The notes under the pieces were generated by a model that saw only the letters and a program-made list of their open reading frames with translations, was not told the DNA's origin and did not search any database. DNA of 63,673 nt from Gekko japonicus (taxonomy: Eukaryota): positions 1,961,613 to 2,025,285 of the forward strand of contig NW_015163604.1 of the NCBI RefSeq assembly GCF_001447785.1. Reading direction: 5' to 3'. The position numbers and the translations under genes are program-made. This document shows positions 47,288 through 61,053 of this stretch, one piece after another (position 1 is the first letter of the stretch; each line of letters opens with the position of its first letter).

Positions 47288-49563
47288 ATGTAAACCAAGC
47301 TGGTCCAGGGATTACAAGCATGATGCAAATGTCCCCTTTAAATACACCAAAGTAACAACAGTTCTAACAAGGAGACTTACTCCTTCCAGAAACATCCCAA
47401 GTCCTTCCTATGTGGGCTGGTATTTATACCCTGTTCACACGTTACAGTGAACACACATACATCCTGCCTGTGTGTAATCTGTTTGTAAAAAAGAGGCAAT
47501 GTGCAATGCCTTTACAAATAAGAATTGAGAACCAGCAACTGGGTAAATGTGAGGTCTAAATCACGCATTCAACTGTACAAACATGAAAAGTAACTTAAGA
47601 GTTACTCAGTGCACATATAATCAAGTGTACACCATACACATATTGTACATGTGTTCACTTGTAATTTCTGAACAGGAGTAAAGTGAACTTCAATCAGGCT
47701 AAAGATCTGTATTTACTGCAATATTAATATATCTATTTTTATGGCCTAATTTCAAATATTCTGTCATGCATCTCAAGGCTCTGAGAGCTTTAGCCGTAGA
47801 CCACAGGTTGATATATATTTGGAATGGTCTTACTAGGAAGCTATTGCTTGGATCTTCTGGACCACAAAGTCTCTTCACCTGCCACTGCATTAGGACAAGG
47901 GGATGATTCTTGTTTCATTTCAAGTGGGGATTTTGCAAAACCCAACAGAAATTAATCCATTTATTACAATGCCTTGTTGCTCACACCAATCCATAAGGCA
48001 CAGTACCTCCACTAAGAGGTTGGGAAGATCCACTGTAAGGGGCTCAGCTTGAATTCCCAAGAGCTCTACTTCCTTCAGTGGCTCTTGCCATTTACCTCCC
48101 CTACATGAACTATCATGGGGAGGAGGGAAGAGATGGAGAGAGGTAAGACATAACTGGGCAGAAAAAGGAGGGCACAGGGCAGGAAAAGTGGTTATCTTCA
48201 GGTAATAAGGAATGGAGGAGTATTACAAAGAAGGGCCCACATGCAGAGGTACAGTGCAAAACCCAGCATGCAAAATGCACAGAGATATGCAGATGGGTGA
48301 AATGCAGAAAATAAACATCTGTCAACGAATAATAATCATATGCCCATGTGCAGCCTGGGGGTTGAACATTGACCTGAACTTGTTAATGAATATTAGAATT
48401 ATTGAATATTAGAATTCACCCCCTCCTTCAACGAAGACCCATTAGATAGTAGGGTTCCCCTCTTATTTTGGACTTAGTTGTTTTAATAGGCACCTCCTTT
48501 TACAACCTAAGTGTCAAGGGGATCTGAAACTTGGAGAGTCTCACAAAGGCAACTTGGGTTCAGCCATGACATTGGAAAATCCCAAGAAAGAAGAGGAAGA
48601 GTGTGCTGGAATTAGAAACTGATTCAGTGCAATCTACCCCAGCTCAGCGGCACATCGTTCTCAATAACAAAGGACTTTTCAACACTCGAGATATGGCCCA
48701 ATATCCTGACATACCACAGAGGTGTCTGCCCAGTCCAAGGAAGTTGCTATTTCATTAACCAATTCCCAGTTCTTCTTTTCCATTTTTTACTCAATCAAGA
48801 AGAGCCCTCATTAATTTGCCCTCCATTCTGTTTCTGGAGCTATCAACTCATCCAAACTTTTGTGCCCATGCTCACTTCAACCTAATTAAAGTATGCTAAT
48901 TAAAGTATGCTGCCTCACCCAGGTTCTTTATGCCCATGCAGATTTGGCTCAGTTTGACAGCAGTTAACTTCAAACCAGCCAGTGAGAGACAAACTTTTTT
49001 ATCCTGACCCAATCCAAAGCCAGGATAGCCAAACACCACCCACCCTGGGAATCTTCAGTCCATAAAAGAAGAATCCCATGCCCTAGCAAATTGTTCCTTA
49101 GATCTCAAGTCAAGATTTCTGATGGTCAGAACTCTGGTTTGCTTCTGAGAAGCCCTGATACACTCTGCAAGATCCCCCCTCCCCTTCCTCCTCAATATTC
49201 TGCCTCCTTGGACTTCAGCTGCATCTGCCCCCAGACCACTCCAGGCCTTAAGCCCCGGATTTAAGGCTGTGTGTCCCTTCCTCTGTATAGTGACCTGGAA
49301 CTCCTTGGTGGACTCCCACCTAAATACTAACCAGGGCTGACTCTGCTTAGCTTCCAAGATCTGATGAGACTGGGCTAGCCTGGGCCATCCAGGTTGACTC
49401 CCTAGGTTGGCCTTTCATAATTCTCAGTTTCACAGTTCCTCTCTTTGAGAAAACCCTTTCCATCAGTGATCAAAAACATAGGCCTCAACTGAGACAATTA
49501 TTGAAAGCAACACACAAACATTTAATTGAACATCAACTGGAAGTAGCACAAAACAGTACAAAC

Positions 49564-49676
49564 CCCAACACAAGGTCGCCAGGATTTAAAAGATGCCCCA
49601 GATGAGTGCGACAGAAATACTGCTGATCTGTATTCAGTTCTGATGTCTTCTGTACCCAGGCTTCAGCAAGCATATG
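49564..49676 (-). CDS. NMD3: NMD3 exon 8 of 12 (HMLAEAWVQKTSELNTDQQYFCRTHLGHLLNPGDLVLG)
   Basis: 113 nt, cctaag| ... |gtttgt; contains the conserved RTHLGHLLNPGD. Confidence 0.96.
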
Positions 49677-50544
49677 CTTAGGAAAGACAAAAGGGAAAGT
49701 ATACACTGTTTTTTAAAAATATGACAGATAAGTTATGAACCAAACTGAAACTGCTTTCAAGGTTTGTTTTGTTTTTAGCTTTAATCTTGTTTTCTTGCAA
49801 AATGCTGAAATTTTTACAAGTTATGTTTAGAGGCTGTTCTTGGCTCAGAATATGCAGATTTTTGACCTCTAATCTAGACTGTTTCCCTGAGCCAAATCTG
49901 GCACTGCTTTACCAAAACTATCACTGGTATCACTTTGCACTATTTTATCTTGTATACAGGAATGCTTTCCACTTGTGAGAGCAACCTTTTTATCAGCAGC
50001 AAAAGCTGGGCTACTCCTAAATAACAGTCCAATTAAAATCCTAAGGAACAGCAGATGAAGATCTTTCAATAGAGCTTTCATTAAGGCAGACACAGCTAGT
50101 GGGGATCATGCTTTTGAGTTCATCCATCTAAATGCTATCTATATGGATAAGTGACAAGACCTTCTTAATGATGCCACCCAACTGGAAAACCTCAGCTCAA
50201 ATAAACTGCATTAAAACTCATTCAAAGAACATAGAACAATGGCTTACTTGTATACTGGCCATCTGAGACTAGCCAGTGCTTAGTGGCAAAGCATATATTT
50301 TGTACGTCAAGAGTTCCCAGGTTCTGGAGAGGGCCCCTGAGAAGGAGCTACGGCTCAATTGCAAAGTATCTGCTTCACTAACAGAAGGTCCTAGGTTCAA
50401 TCCCCAACACCTCCAATTAAAAATGTCTTAGGTAGTAGGTGATGTGAAAGACCTCTACTTGAAATTCTGGAGAGATGCTGCCAGTCTGAGCAGACAATAC
50501 TGACCTAGATGAAGCAGTATAAGGCATGAAATCTACCTCTGAGA

Positions 50545-51256
50545 TAGGGGTGTGCCCAAAAAAAAAACAATGGCATTTTTTTTAGTTCAGGTCTACTGGA
50601 CCTGAAAAAATTTCAGTATTTCCAAAAAAAATCCAGATCCCAATGCCAGTGTGGTATTCGGATCCAGGATTTTTTTTGGAAATCACGATTTATTTATTTT
50701 TGGTCCAATAGACTCAAGAAGAAAAATGCTTATTCAAGAGGGGGGGAAACCCCAGCCTGACTCAGGGGCTGCCTTGGCTTCTCCTGCAGCACAGTTTAAA
50801 CCCTGCTGCAGGAGAAACTGTCCCCAGGATCTGTGTGTGGCGGGGAGGTCTCTCGCTGCCACATGCAGACCTGAGAGGATCAGCTGGGGCAGCAGGGGCT
50901 GAGACCTCTGCACTGCCTTGGCTGGGGCTGGCTCCTCTTGCAACTCAGTTTAAACCAAGCTGGAAGAGGAACCAGGCCAGCCCCAGCTGAGGTGGGGCTC
51001 TCAGCTTCCTCTACCCCAGCTGAAAAAAGGATCAGCAGGGGAGGTGGGAGTTGAGAGCTCTGCACTGTCTCGGCTGGGGCTGGCTCCTCTTCAGTATAAC
51101 CGAATATACCCAAATAAAAGCCAGAAAAAAAATCGGCTTTTGGGTTCAGCTATAGTGGTAGCCAATTGATTTTTTGAATCTGTATTTGGCTTCAATAATA
51201 CCCTAATTCTGGTAAGGACTTTTTCCAGTTCGGTTTATGCCGAATATACAACCCTA
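50545..51256. mobile_element. hAT-type MITE with internal direct repeats
   Basis: Termini taggggtgtg / tacaacccta; TSD ctctgaga / ttctgaga; relatives at 40716 and about 51615-52220. Confidence 0.8.
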
Positions 51257-52765
51257 TTCTGAGACTAAACAGCCATCACCAGTGTGAATAGGTAATATTT
51301 TGCTACATGAAACAATGGTATAAGCCAGCTTCTTATTTTCTTATTTAGGATATTTTGGCACTGCTTCTTCAGAGTTCTGTTTGAGGCCATTTACAATTAA
51401 AACAATGTAACAATATAAAAAGAAGCAACTGAACATAAACAGCATAAAAAAACAGAAGCAGACCATTAAAAAAGTTGGGAAAATTGCCCCCCCCCCCCCA
51501 TTAAAAACCTGGGTAAAAGTATATGTTTTGACCTGGTGTCTGAAAGAATGTAAAGGAGACACCAAGCAAGGCACTTACACAAGCCAACTCAGCAATTCTG
51601 TACTTAATTATGACTAGGTTTCCCCCCACACACTTTTTTTGGATTTGGGTACATTGGATACATTTATTTTTTTTGTGGATTTCAAAAAATCCTGGATCCC
51701 AGTACTGGCAAAGTATTCAGATCCACGATTTTTATTTTTTTAAATCCTGAATTTTTTTGGGTCCAATAGACCCAAGATGAGAAGAAAACCCAGGGAGGAC
51801 CAACCCAGGACTACCAAAGTTGCAAAACACAGTTCAGCAGTGGCTCCCACCTCTTAGCTGTTTCCCCAGTCTTTTCTGCTGTCCCTTTAAACCAGCCTAG
51901 TTTAAATAGACTGCAGAAAAGGGGTGGGGGACAGCTGATAGGTGGAGAGCAGATGCCCAGCCTCTCAGCTGTTTCCTGGATCTTTTCTGCACTCCCATTA
52001 AAACAGCCTGGTTTAAATGGACTGAAGAAGTGTGTGTGGGGCAGCCTCCCTGCCTCTCAGCTGTTTCCCCAGTCTTCCTGGTTCCTGAAAATATCCAGGA
52101 TTTCCCCCCCAGTTCTCCGAAAAATCCTGGATACTTTTGAGATGCCTAAGTATAACCGAAAAATACTGATAAGGTATTTTGGGGTATATTTTTCTCTTGG
52201 GAAGATCCAAATGCACACCCACAAAGAGATCTTTTTGTTTGGACAACTGATTCTCATTGGGTAGTAAAATCTAGAAGCGTCTAGTGATGGAATACATCTA
52301 GAATATTAAAACAAGAATTTTAAGTGAAGATTGTATACCAGTGAGGTTAGGATTTTGAACAGAAGGGGAAAACATGGACTGGGAGAAGATATAGATGCTC
52401 TGGGAGAAGAGACAGATGCTCAGAAGTTGTATCTATATGTTCATACTTTTATAAATAAATAATCTGAACACGCCTAAACTGGACCTAAACTTTTTATGCA
52501 AGAATAAGGACTCAAGATGAAATGGTTCTCCTTGTGAGGTGCTTACTCAGAATTCTCACTGAATTCACTGGTGCTTAGTAAGCACTTCGTTGCAGCCTTA
52601 AGCAGACCCAACCAAGAAAACCAGGCTTCTTCTGATGTGGCCCTTTCTTTTACTGATCTGCACCTCCTACAATATATTCACATACCATGATATAGAACTA
52701 AAAATCCTGCAAAATAGCAAGATTCGCCCAAACGCCTTAAAGGAAAACAAAGAAGTAACTCTTAC

Positions 52766-52911
52766 TTTGTTTGCTTGCATTCCTGCACCAGCACTCTGCT
52801 TTTTGTTATGGACTCTGCTGATATCCATTACAATAAATTCCTCTAACTGCTTTGGCTGGAACAAGCTGTTGAAAGGATGACGCCAGTAGGTGCTTCCATC
52901 AATTTCAGCCA
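52766..52911 (-). CDS. NMD3: NMD3 exon 7 of 12 (MAEIDGSTYWRHPFNSLFQPKQLEEFIVMD...AGAGMQANK)
   Basis: 146 nt, tctcag| ... |gtaaga. Confidence 0.96.
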
Positions 52912-54485
52912 CTGAGAAAGAGCAAGGAAAGCAGTATGGATTAAGTGGAAGACATCTGCAAAGCAATTTTTAACTTGGCCAACTTGATGACAAAACAGGG
53001 ATATTGCCTTATTAATACTCCATTTTGGAAAAACTCCATAAAGCATGAACTGGAGATTGGGAGATGCCTGCCATTTTCTATGCAGCTGCATATCTCTGGC
53101 ACAGAACTAACACTATCGTAATTAAAGGCAGTTTCTGCTGATTTGACAAGACGAAGCTGCCTTATGCCAAGTCAAACCACTGCTCCATCTCACTCAGTAG
53201 AGCTTGCCTTGAGTAGCAGTGGCTCCCCAGGGTATCATACAGCCCCCTGCTACCTGAGCTCCTTCTGCATGCAAAGCATGTGCCCTACCACTGAGCCACA
53301 GCCCCTTTCAAAATGTGCTTCTTGAAAACCAGAGGAGCGTGCCACTGCACTAAGTATGAATGAGCGCTTTTTGTATTTTGTATGACTGGGGCAACATGCA
53401 GAGCATGCTGTTCCTCAAATCAGGAGCACATGCATTTAAACACAGCTCTCTTGCCTTCCCAATTCCCAGGAACATGCAAAAATCAACTCGGAATCAACAT
53501 CTCAGCTTTCCTAGATGTTCTGTTTTACAATTACCACACTGCTATAGTGTCCCCACTTCAAAATTTGATAATGTCAACAGCAGGAATTCTGCAAAGTTCA
53601 AAAACTTCCAGGCTTTCCCTGTGATCAGTGATTATTTCTACATCAGAATGACATATGACGCATGACTGTACTGACTAAGAAGCCAAATTTAGGCAGTGTC
53701 AGAAACTGAAGTAGCGTGCTCCGCAGCAGACAAGCAGAGCTGTGGGGTTTCAGTGCACAGATGAGAATAGTTTTCAGGGAGAAGAATTTTGAACTTTATT
53801 TTTTAGGCTTTGGAGAATGTTTTGGGTTGCACCTGAACTGCAGCCAACATCAAAAATTAACATCAGTGAGTCTCAGCAGCATATACCCAGGAGTTTTTAA
53901 AATACTACAAATATGAAACTGGTGATTTTATAAAATAAAAAAATGCAAATCGTCACTAAATCCAGCCTGCTTATTGCAGTATGCAGTGTCAAGCTAGGAT
54001 CTGTGAGACCCAAGTTCATATCCTTGCTCTGCCACTGAATTTTTCTGGGTGACCTTCGACCAGACACACACTCTCAAGCCTAACATACCTCACAGGGCTA
54101 CTGGGAGAATCAAATGGTGAAGGGAAGAATGCTGTAAATCACTATGGCTCCCCCTTGTGGAGAAAAGTGGGGTACACATGAACGAAGTAAATAAAAAAAA
54201 GTACTGAAATGAACACCAGTTTTTTTAAAGGGGGATTTAGAGGCAAAAACATTCATACCTACATTTCACTAAAATGTGGCTTGGCTTGCTCTTTGCTATC
54301 AGGAAGTACACTCATGTTACAAACATTAACTAATAGATGTAAAAAAAAAGTCCTGCAGTGTTCAGTATTATTCAAAATTTGTATTGTGACATCTTACCTA
54401 AATGGAACATTTAAATCAATGCCAATGGAGTACTTAATACTATTCAGTGAAAAGATTAAGAGGGAAAAATCCAGAAAGAACTTAC

Positions 54486-54603
54486 TCTGTAGCGTATTAG
54501 GATCAATGATGTGAATGGTGCTGGTTACCCGGATGCAAACACAGATTTGGCTCATATTTCCAAGGCTTTGAGCCAGTTTTGGAGACAGACATACAACATT
54601 GTC
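54486..54603 (-). CDS. NMD3: NMD3 exon 6 of 12 (DNVVCLSPKLAQSLGNMSQICVCIRVTSTIHIIDPNTLQ)
   Basis: 118 nt, gtgcag| ... |gtaagt. Confidence 0.97.
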
Positions 54604-55073
54604 CTGCACAGTAAATACATTTAGAAAATGCTTCTATAAATTACTGTTAGCAGAATGTATTCTTTGTGGGGGTTTTTAAAAGAAATTTTCAGGACCAGGC
54701 TGGCATTTTCCTATTTATACCGTCAGGCAATTCGCCCCTTTCCTGTCCCACCCTGACCTAGCCACAGTGATCCATGCAATGGTCACCTCCAAGCTAGATT
54801 ACTGTAATTCGCTCTATGCAGGGCTACCCTTGAGACTGACCCAGAAACTTCAACTGGTCCAGAACACAGCAGTGAGAGTCATTACAGGTACCCCTATTAG
54901 AGCAGATATCTAACCAGTGCTCCGCTAGCTGCAATGGCTCTAGTTTGAGTATCAGATCACGTTCAAAGTGCTGGTTTTAACCTTTAAAGCTCTATGCAGT
55001 CTGGGACCAACATAGCTGCGGGACCGCTTCTCTTAGCATACCCCCGAAAGAGCATTACAATCTTCTAATAACA

Positions 55074-55415
55074 TAGGCTTGCCAAGTCCCCCCGGGGGGC
55101 AGGGAAACCCCCACCCGAGAGCCCCGTTACCCGCCGCTGGCAGATCGGGCCCTGGGGGGAACCCAACCCCCAAAGCACGCAACGTGCCCGGCGTCAGCAC
55201 GTCACCCAGAAGTGACGCAGTTGCGTCGGGCGCGGGGCCGCGGTCATCTGAGGAAAAACTCTGTTTTTCCCTCGGATGATTGTGGCCCCCCCACCTCCCA
55301 GCAGGACCGACGTGGTTGCGTCACTTCTGGATGATATAATTGCGGCGCGCACACGGTCTCCTGGAGCAGCGCTGGAGTCCCCCACTCTACATACAGTAAG
55401 GACTTGGCAACCCTA
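55074..55415. mobile_element. hAT-type MITE (TAGGSTTGCCA family)
   Basis: TIRs taggcttgccaagtcc / ggacttggcaacccta; perfect TSD taataaca. Confidence 0.92.
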
Positions 55416-55688
55416 TAATAACAGCACACTGGAGATCCCAGGACCAAGGAATATTCACCAGGCTTCGACCAGAAACAGAGTCTTTTCAGTGATGGCTCGA
55501 ACTTGATGGAATGCACTCCCAACTGTGATCCGGGGCCTGTGCGATTTGGTACAATTCTGCAGGGCCTGTAAGATGGAGTATACTGCCAAGTGTATGGATG
55601 AGATCAGGGGAACTTCCAGATACATGGTTCCACTAACCTTGCCCCTTCCCTTTCTCTCCCTGGGGCAACAGTATAGTGAACATACGGG

Positions 55689-56144
55689 CAGGGGTCATTT
55701 CATAGAAAAAGAGGTGCAGGATCTCATTAGCATAACTTATTAGCATAACTTGTTTGCACATGCCACACCCTCTGACATCACCGGAAGTGTGTCAGAAAGC
55801 AACACCACCGCTCAGGCTCCATTGGACTGTTTTGGATTGCTAGCTATCGGGAGGGGGGCATGCAGATCTGTCCTCGCAGAGGAGGGAGAGCTTGTACCTG
55901 AATAAAACTTGGTCTTAAAGGTGCCACTGGATTGTTTTGGATTGCTAGCTATGGGGGGAGGGAGAGCTTGTACCTGAAGGCGGGCTGGGGGGGGCTCTGC
56001 AATTTACCTGGTTGCTTCTTGCTCCTCATGGCCTGACTGAGGGCTGCTGGGAGCAGAGGGTGGGGTTTGTTGCATGTTCCCACACCCTGGGCTCCTTACT
56101 GCCGGAGCTCCGCTCCTGTGCACTCCCACAGAAAATGACCCCTG
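55689..56144. mobile_element. hAT MITE, CTCATTAGCAT-motif family
   Basis: TIRs caggggtcattt / aaatgacccctg; perfect TSD catacggg. Confidence 0.92.
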
Positions 56145-56850
56145 CATACGGGCCATCATGAAAATTGTTTTTCTGGAATTGTTTTAATTGAAATGTTTTA
56201 CTTTTATGTATGTTTTACTTATTGTGTTGGAACCCACTCTGAGTGCCACATTATTTATTTATTTTATTTATTTATACTTTCAATTTGTACCCCGCTCACA
56301 TTAGTGGGGGAGAGTGGGATACTAATGGAAAAAATTATAATTGATATGCATAGCAACTCTTTATGATTTCCTTGCCTCTCTGGCTTGAAAGATTTTAAAA
56401 GCATTACAAAGAAGATACAGGAAAAAGGCCATTTTATGTTCAATACAGTCCTGATTAAATAAGGCTGAATTTGCACTTTCTCCTGTCCGAATGATACACT
56501 GAAAATGTCTCAATCCAATGGCTAAAGGTTTTAAAACTGGAATTTCAAAAGAATAAGGCCTTTTTTTGCTCCTTAACATTCCATGCTGCAGTTGGATCTT
56601 GAGGTTCAGGGCCATAAAAAGGGGAAACCTGATCAGTTTTCATTTGGAAAATTTCTAATGCTTTGAACACCATCACTGTATGCTACTGTGAATGATGAAT
56701 ATGCATGCCTGAACAAGCCCCTTGAAACCACATTTTATTATCTATGCTAAAACCTGTGAAAGTAGAACTAGTAACATGTAAGTCAACAATTCACTTAGGA
56801 GGCAGTCCCCAAACTCTTTTTTTTTTTAAACAAAGAAAGTCATGACATAC

Positions 56851-56947
56851 CTTGCATATGGGAACAATCTCCAGTGAGAAAGTGCTTTTGTAGTTGTAGA
56901 TATTGCTATGAATGTCATGAGAGATCAAACGCTGGGATGATTTAGAC
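56851..56947 (-). CDS. NMD3: NMD3 exon 5 of 12 (SKSSQRLISHDIHSNIYNYKSTFSLEIVPICK)
   Basis: 97 nt, ttctag| ... |gtatgt. Confidence 0.97.
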
Positions 56948-57727
56948 CTAGAAATAAAAAAAAACAACCCAAAATCCAGTCAAGGGAATGCATATTAATA
57001 TACTCAAAAGCAAAGCTCTGTAAGGGCAGAAGCCCACCAATAGAACTTTCAGATGTCACAACACAAACTGGGTGAAGGATGAATTAAAACACACAATGAC
57101 TGATAAAGCAGGGAACTGAAAACATTTTTCCTGTTTCCTAAACTGTTCGTAGGATTTCAAAGTGCATGGAAGGGATGACCTTAAACGGAGGGATGGTCCA
57201 GGGAGGGTTAACGTCCTGGGGCAGAACAGCTGCCCTCCCTCACCAGCTGTCTGTTCTCTGCTCCTGCCTTCCTGCTATAGAGAAATTCCCTGGTTTAGGG
57301 GAGTTGCTATTGTATCCTATACCTCTGCTTCTTCCAGTATGCATCTCAAGCGCTTTTCCACTCTTCTAGTGATCTCTATAATCAGGATCTATTCTGATAG
57401 CAATTCTCTTCTTTCCCAGGGTGGGGAAAGGAGAAGATCATTTCAATACAATATATAATATAGAGATTTTTGAGAAATGAGTGGCTTTTGGGGTGCTAAT
57501 TATGCACATTCAAGTGAGCAATTTAATACCTTATTTCTGTACCACCAGGGGATAAGGTGGACAGAGCTGGTTTCTAGTGCATCAGAAACAGGACTGAATT
57601 GAAACGGAGAACAAACTCATAAGGGTCTGAGGGTCAGCTATGCTGTTTCTATCACACTGGCTTTAAATGGGACTTAAATATCTTAAGGAAAGAGATATGC
57701 AAAACATTTTGTTCTTTATATTCTTAC

Positions 57728-57806
57728 CTACAAGGAACTGTACACTGAAGAAAGTCCACCATCTTCTGAGCATGCTGTTTTGAAGCATAGTAGAAATCCA
57801 GGCCAT
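57728..57806 (-). CDS. NMD3: NMD3 exon 4 of 12 (DGLDFYYASKQHAQKMVDFLQCTVPCR)
   Basis: 79 nt, tttcag| ... |gtaaga; phase consistent with neighbours. Confidence 0.97.
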
Positions 57807-59129
57807 CTGAAAACACATGGAATTAAAATGTATGATATTTCCTGGCAATATGCATCAGAGGTCCCCAATCTTTAATTCTGAGAAGTGTGTGTGTGTGTGG
57901 GGTTGACACTACCAAATAGCTATGTCTATGGGAGGGAGGGGAGAATCACAAAACACCTGCCACAGGATACTGGGGTCTATCACAAATTGTTGAGAGGTTG
58001 CAAGTCACGCATCCTCCTACAACAAAGGCAACACTTTCTTCATAGACACTCACTGAAGATGTCTTTGGAATACTACTGAAGTCCTTCTTAGTCCAATGAG
58101 ATACAGGAAAGGTGGGACTGGCTCTTCCGCTTTGAGGAAGAGATGTTTTGTCAAAGAAACTAATGAGCAATGGGAAACTCATTTTTCATACAAGGTCCGA
58201 GATTATTTCCCCTCTGTTAGCAACATGTCCTGTTCAAAGTGATTTTTCTCTCCTTTTGTTTACAACCGTTACAAAAGACAATTTTTCTCTTACACGAAAA
58301 GCACAACCCCATAACATTTTTAACGTATCTTTCTTTGGCTGATGTGTATTATGAAGGAATGCTTGATGCTGCACTTCTGCTGAGGCTCTGAAAATGATCA
58401 GTTTTTGTATTGAAGACCACTGTTAGCTTCATACAGCAGCAGGACAATAGTACTAGGCAGTATGGTGTTTGTGTGGTGTTTTGTACAGAGAGAACATTTA
58501 AATCATCCATATTTTAAATATGGACCTCTCCATGCAAAATAACACATGGCTATCGTATATCAAACCCTTCAATGTTTTGGCCCCTCTTATTTATGGGACC
58601 GCTCATGTCGGCTGGGGCTTCTTCAGGTGCCAACCTGCAAATGGGCAAATTCAACAGCTACCTGTACACATGCTTTCTCCATTGGGGCTCCCACCTTGCC
58701 AGAAGAGGTCTGGAAAGCTCCCACTCTCCTGGCTTCTGCAAACTATGCAAACTGAAACTAGTCAAGAGAGCTTTTCTGCGCAGGTAAATAAGGCTGCACA
58801 GTACAAAATACTTTCACAAGCCTACTTTAATAAATAATCAGGACTTGTGGTCTTTTCTGCTGTATACAGCATATCGTAAAAAAGATACTATTATGTCATT
58901 TCTGTGATGTTTCATGTGTTATGTTAATACTCAGGCTATGCTCCTGTTCTTTCTGGTGGCTCCAGTCTTCTAATATCCTAATGCATTAGTTACTGAATAT
59001 TCCATCTTGTTGACTGTACTGACAAATTATGTGGATTCACTTTGATTCCATATAAGAAAGGCAGACTATAAATAAATAACATAGTATGAGCTATACCAAA
59101 GCATCACATCCAAAGCCTGGCATATATCC

Positions 59130-60870
59130 TAAGAACATAAGAGACGCCAATGTTGGATCAGGCCAAAGGCCCATCCAGTCCAACACTCTGTGTCACACAG
59201 TGGCCAGGAATACCAGGTGCCATCAGGAGGTCCACCAGTGGGGCCAGGACATTAGAAGCCCTCCCACTGTTGACCCCCCCCCAAGCACCAAGAAGACAGA
59301 GCATCACTTGCCCCAGAGCCCCTATCTATACCTTGTGGCTAATAGCCACTGATGGACCTCTGCTCCATATGCTTATCTAATTCCCTTTTGAAGCCGTCCA
59401 TGCTTGTAGCCGCCACCACTTCCTGTGGCAGTGAATTCCATGTGTTAATCACTCTTTGGATGAAGAAGTACTTCCTTTTACCCGTTCTAACCCGACCACT
59501 CAGCAATTTCATTGAGTGCCCACAAGTTCTTATATTGTGAGAAAGGGAGGAAAGTACTTCTTCCTCTACCTTCTCTATCTCATGCATAATACTGTAAGCC
59601 TCTATCATGTCACCCCTCAGTCGTCATTTCTCCAAGCTAAAGAGCCCTAACCTCTTTAACCTTTCTTCATAGGGAAAGTGTTCCAACCCCTTAATCATTT
59701 TAGTTGTCCTTTTCTGCATCTTTTGCAATGCTATAATATCTTTTTTGAGGTACAGTGACCAGANNNNNNNNNNNNNNNNNNNNNNNNNNNNNNNNNNNNN
59801 NNNNNNNNNNNNNNNNNNNNNNNNNNNNNNNNNNNNNNNNNNNNNNNNNNNNNNNNNNNNNNNNNNNNNNNNNNNNNNNNNNNNNNNNNNNNNNNNNNNN
59901 NNNNNNNNNNNNNNNNNNNNNNNNNNCAAGAGCCCCCCCGCCCACCCTGCCCAGGGATGGTTCCTTGGTGCAAAAGGATACCTGCTCACCAGCTGGGGAA
60001 AAGGTCCCTTCTGAGAGCACATTCCCCTTATCCTCAGCACGGTGCCCTGTTTCTCCTTGACTCCCATGCTCCCTGACAGCGGCGGGGCTGCCAGATCCAG
60101 AGTGGGACATATCTAACAAGTCCCCGAGAGTCTTTTCTGTGCGCCTAACTGACTGTCTCTGCTTCTCCACGTCAGCCACCTTGGCCTCAAGGGAGCAAAC
60201 ACGTTCCCTGAGAACCAGGAGGTCCTTGCACCGAGCACACCCCCAAGACTTCTGTCCAGTGGGCAGATAGTCATACATGTGACACTCTGTGCAAAACACT
60301 GGATAGCCCCCAACCCCCTGCTGGCATTCTGGCTTCATAATTCTTTTAAAATAAGTAAATATAATCCCCCTTTTTAAACCCTTTGTATTTATGTGGTTTT
60401 TCTTGTCGAAGTCAACTTACCTTACGGGGAAGACAAAGAGCCTAGGGCCTTGGCTTTCTGGCTCTTCTTGGGCTTCTTACAGAACCCCTAGTCTAAGAGT
60501 CCCTAGGCTAAGAGCCACAGGCAAAGAGCCCTTTAGCTCACCCTTCGGCTTGTGCTTCTGGCAAAGTGCTTCCTTAAATAGAGGCCTCCCCCAGCAGAGG
60601 GCAGGGCACCAGCTATTCAAATTCACCCAGGCACTCAATCACAGGCAAACAATGCCCCTTCCTCTTCCTCTCAATCACAGTCTAACAATGCCCTTTCCTC
60701 TCCCTCTCTCAAGCAGCCAGGACTCTGCAACAACTCTAATCACTTTCACAAACTCCGAAACAGTCCTGCCACACAATATCCTCAGCTGAATCCCCTCAGT
60801 TGAAAGCAAGTAAAAAAACACTCACCCCTCTAGCAGCTCTGTCTCTTGCTCCTGCTCAGACCACAGAGCT
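59130..60870 (-). mobile_element. Probably full-length CR1 LINE, middle lost in the assembly gap (59764-59926)
   Basis: ORF1 start MKPECQQGVGGYPVFCTECHMY...CARCKDLLVLRERVCSLEAKV; ORF2 end [15 protein letters not shown]...RTCGHSMKL...FFIQRVINTWNSLPQEVV; cttatgttctta tail. The 5' boundary is approximate. Confidence 0.9.
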
Positions 60871-60962
60871 CGTCTGTGTTAGTATTTACTGCTACAAAAC
60901 TTGCTGCCAGTTCAACTAATACCTACAGAATTACATAAAGATCAGTAAAAAGCCTCACTTAC

Positions 60963-61053
60963 CATGAATCTCTTTGATCCGAAGTGTGTTCTGATGAAGC
61001 TTATGTTTCAAAATCAACTGCTCCAAGTAGTAGAAAGTCTTTTTATGCACGGT
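60963..61053 (-). CDS. NMD3: NMD3 exon 3 of 12 (TVHKKTFYYLEQLILKHKLHQNTLRIKEIH)
   Basis: 91 nt, ttttag| ... |gtaagt; contains the conserved KKTFYYLEQLILK. Confidence 0.97.

Larger units (their letters stand above)
54690..56260 (+). mobile_element. L2 LINE 3' portion, interrupted by two MITEs
   Basis: LATVIHAMVTSKLDYCNSLYAGLP motif; continues after 55415 and after 56144. Confidence 0.85.

Noticed and set aside
50270-50525. tRNA genes (also 27530-27640 and 53220-53310)
   Set aside because: Only degenerate A/B boxes with no cloverleaf; these are tRNA-derived SINE heads.
56690-56715. C/D snoRNA-like ATGATGA...CTGA
   Set aside because: Antisense to the host NMD3 intron, boxes too close together, no terminal stem.
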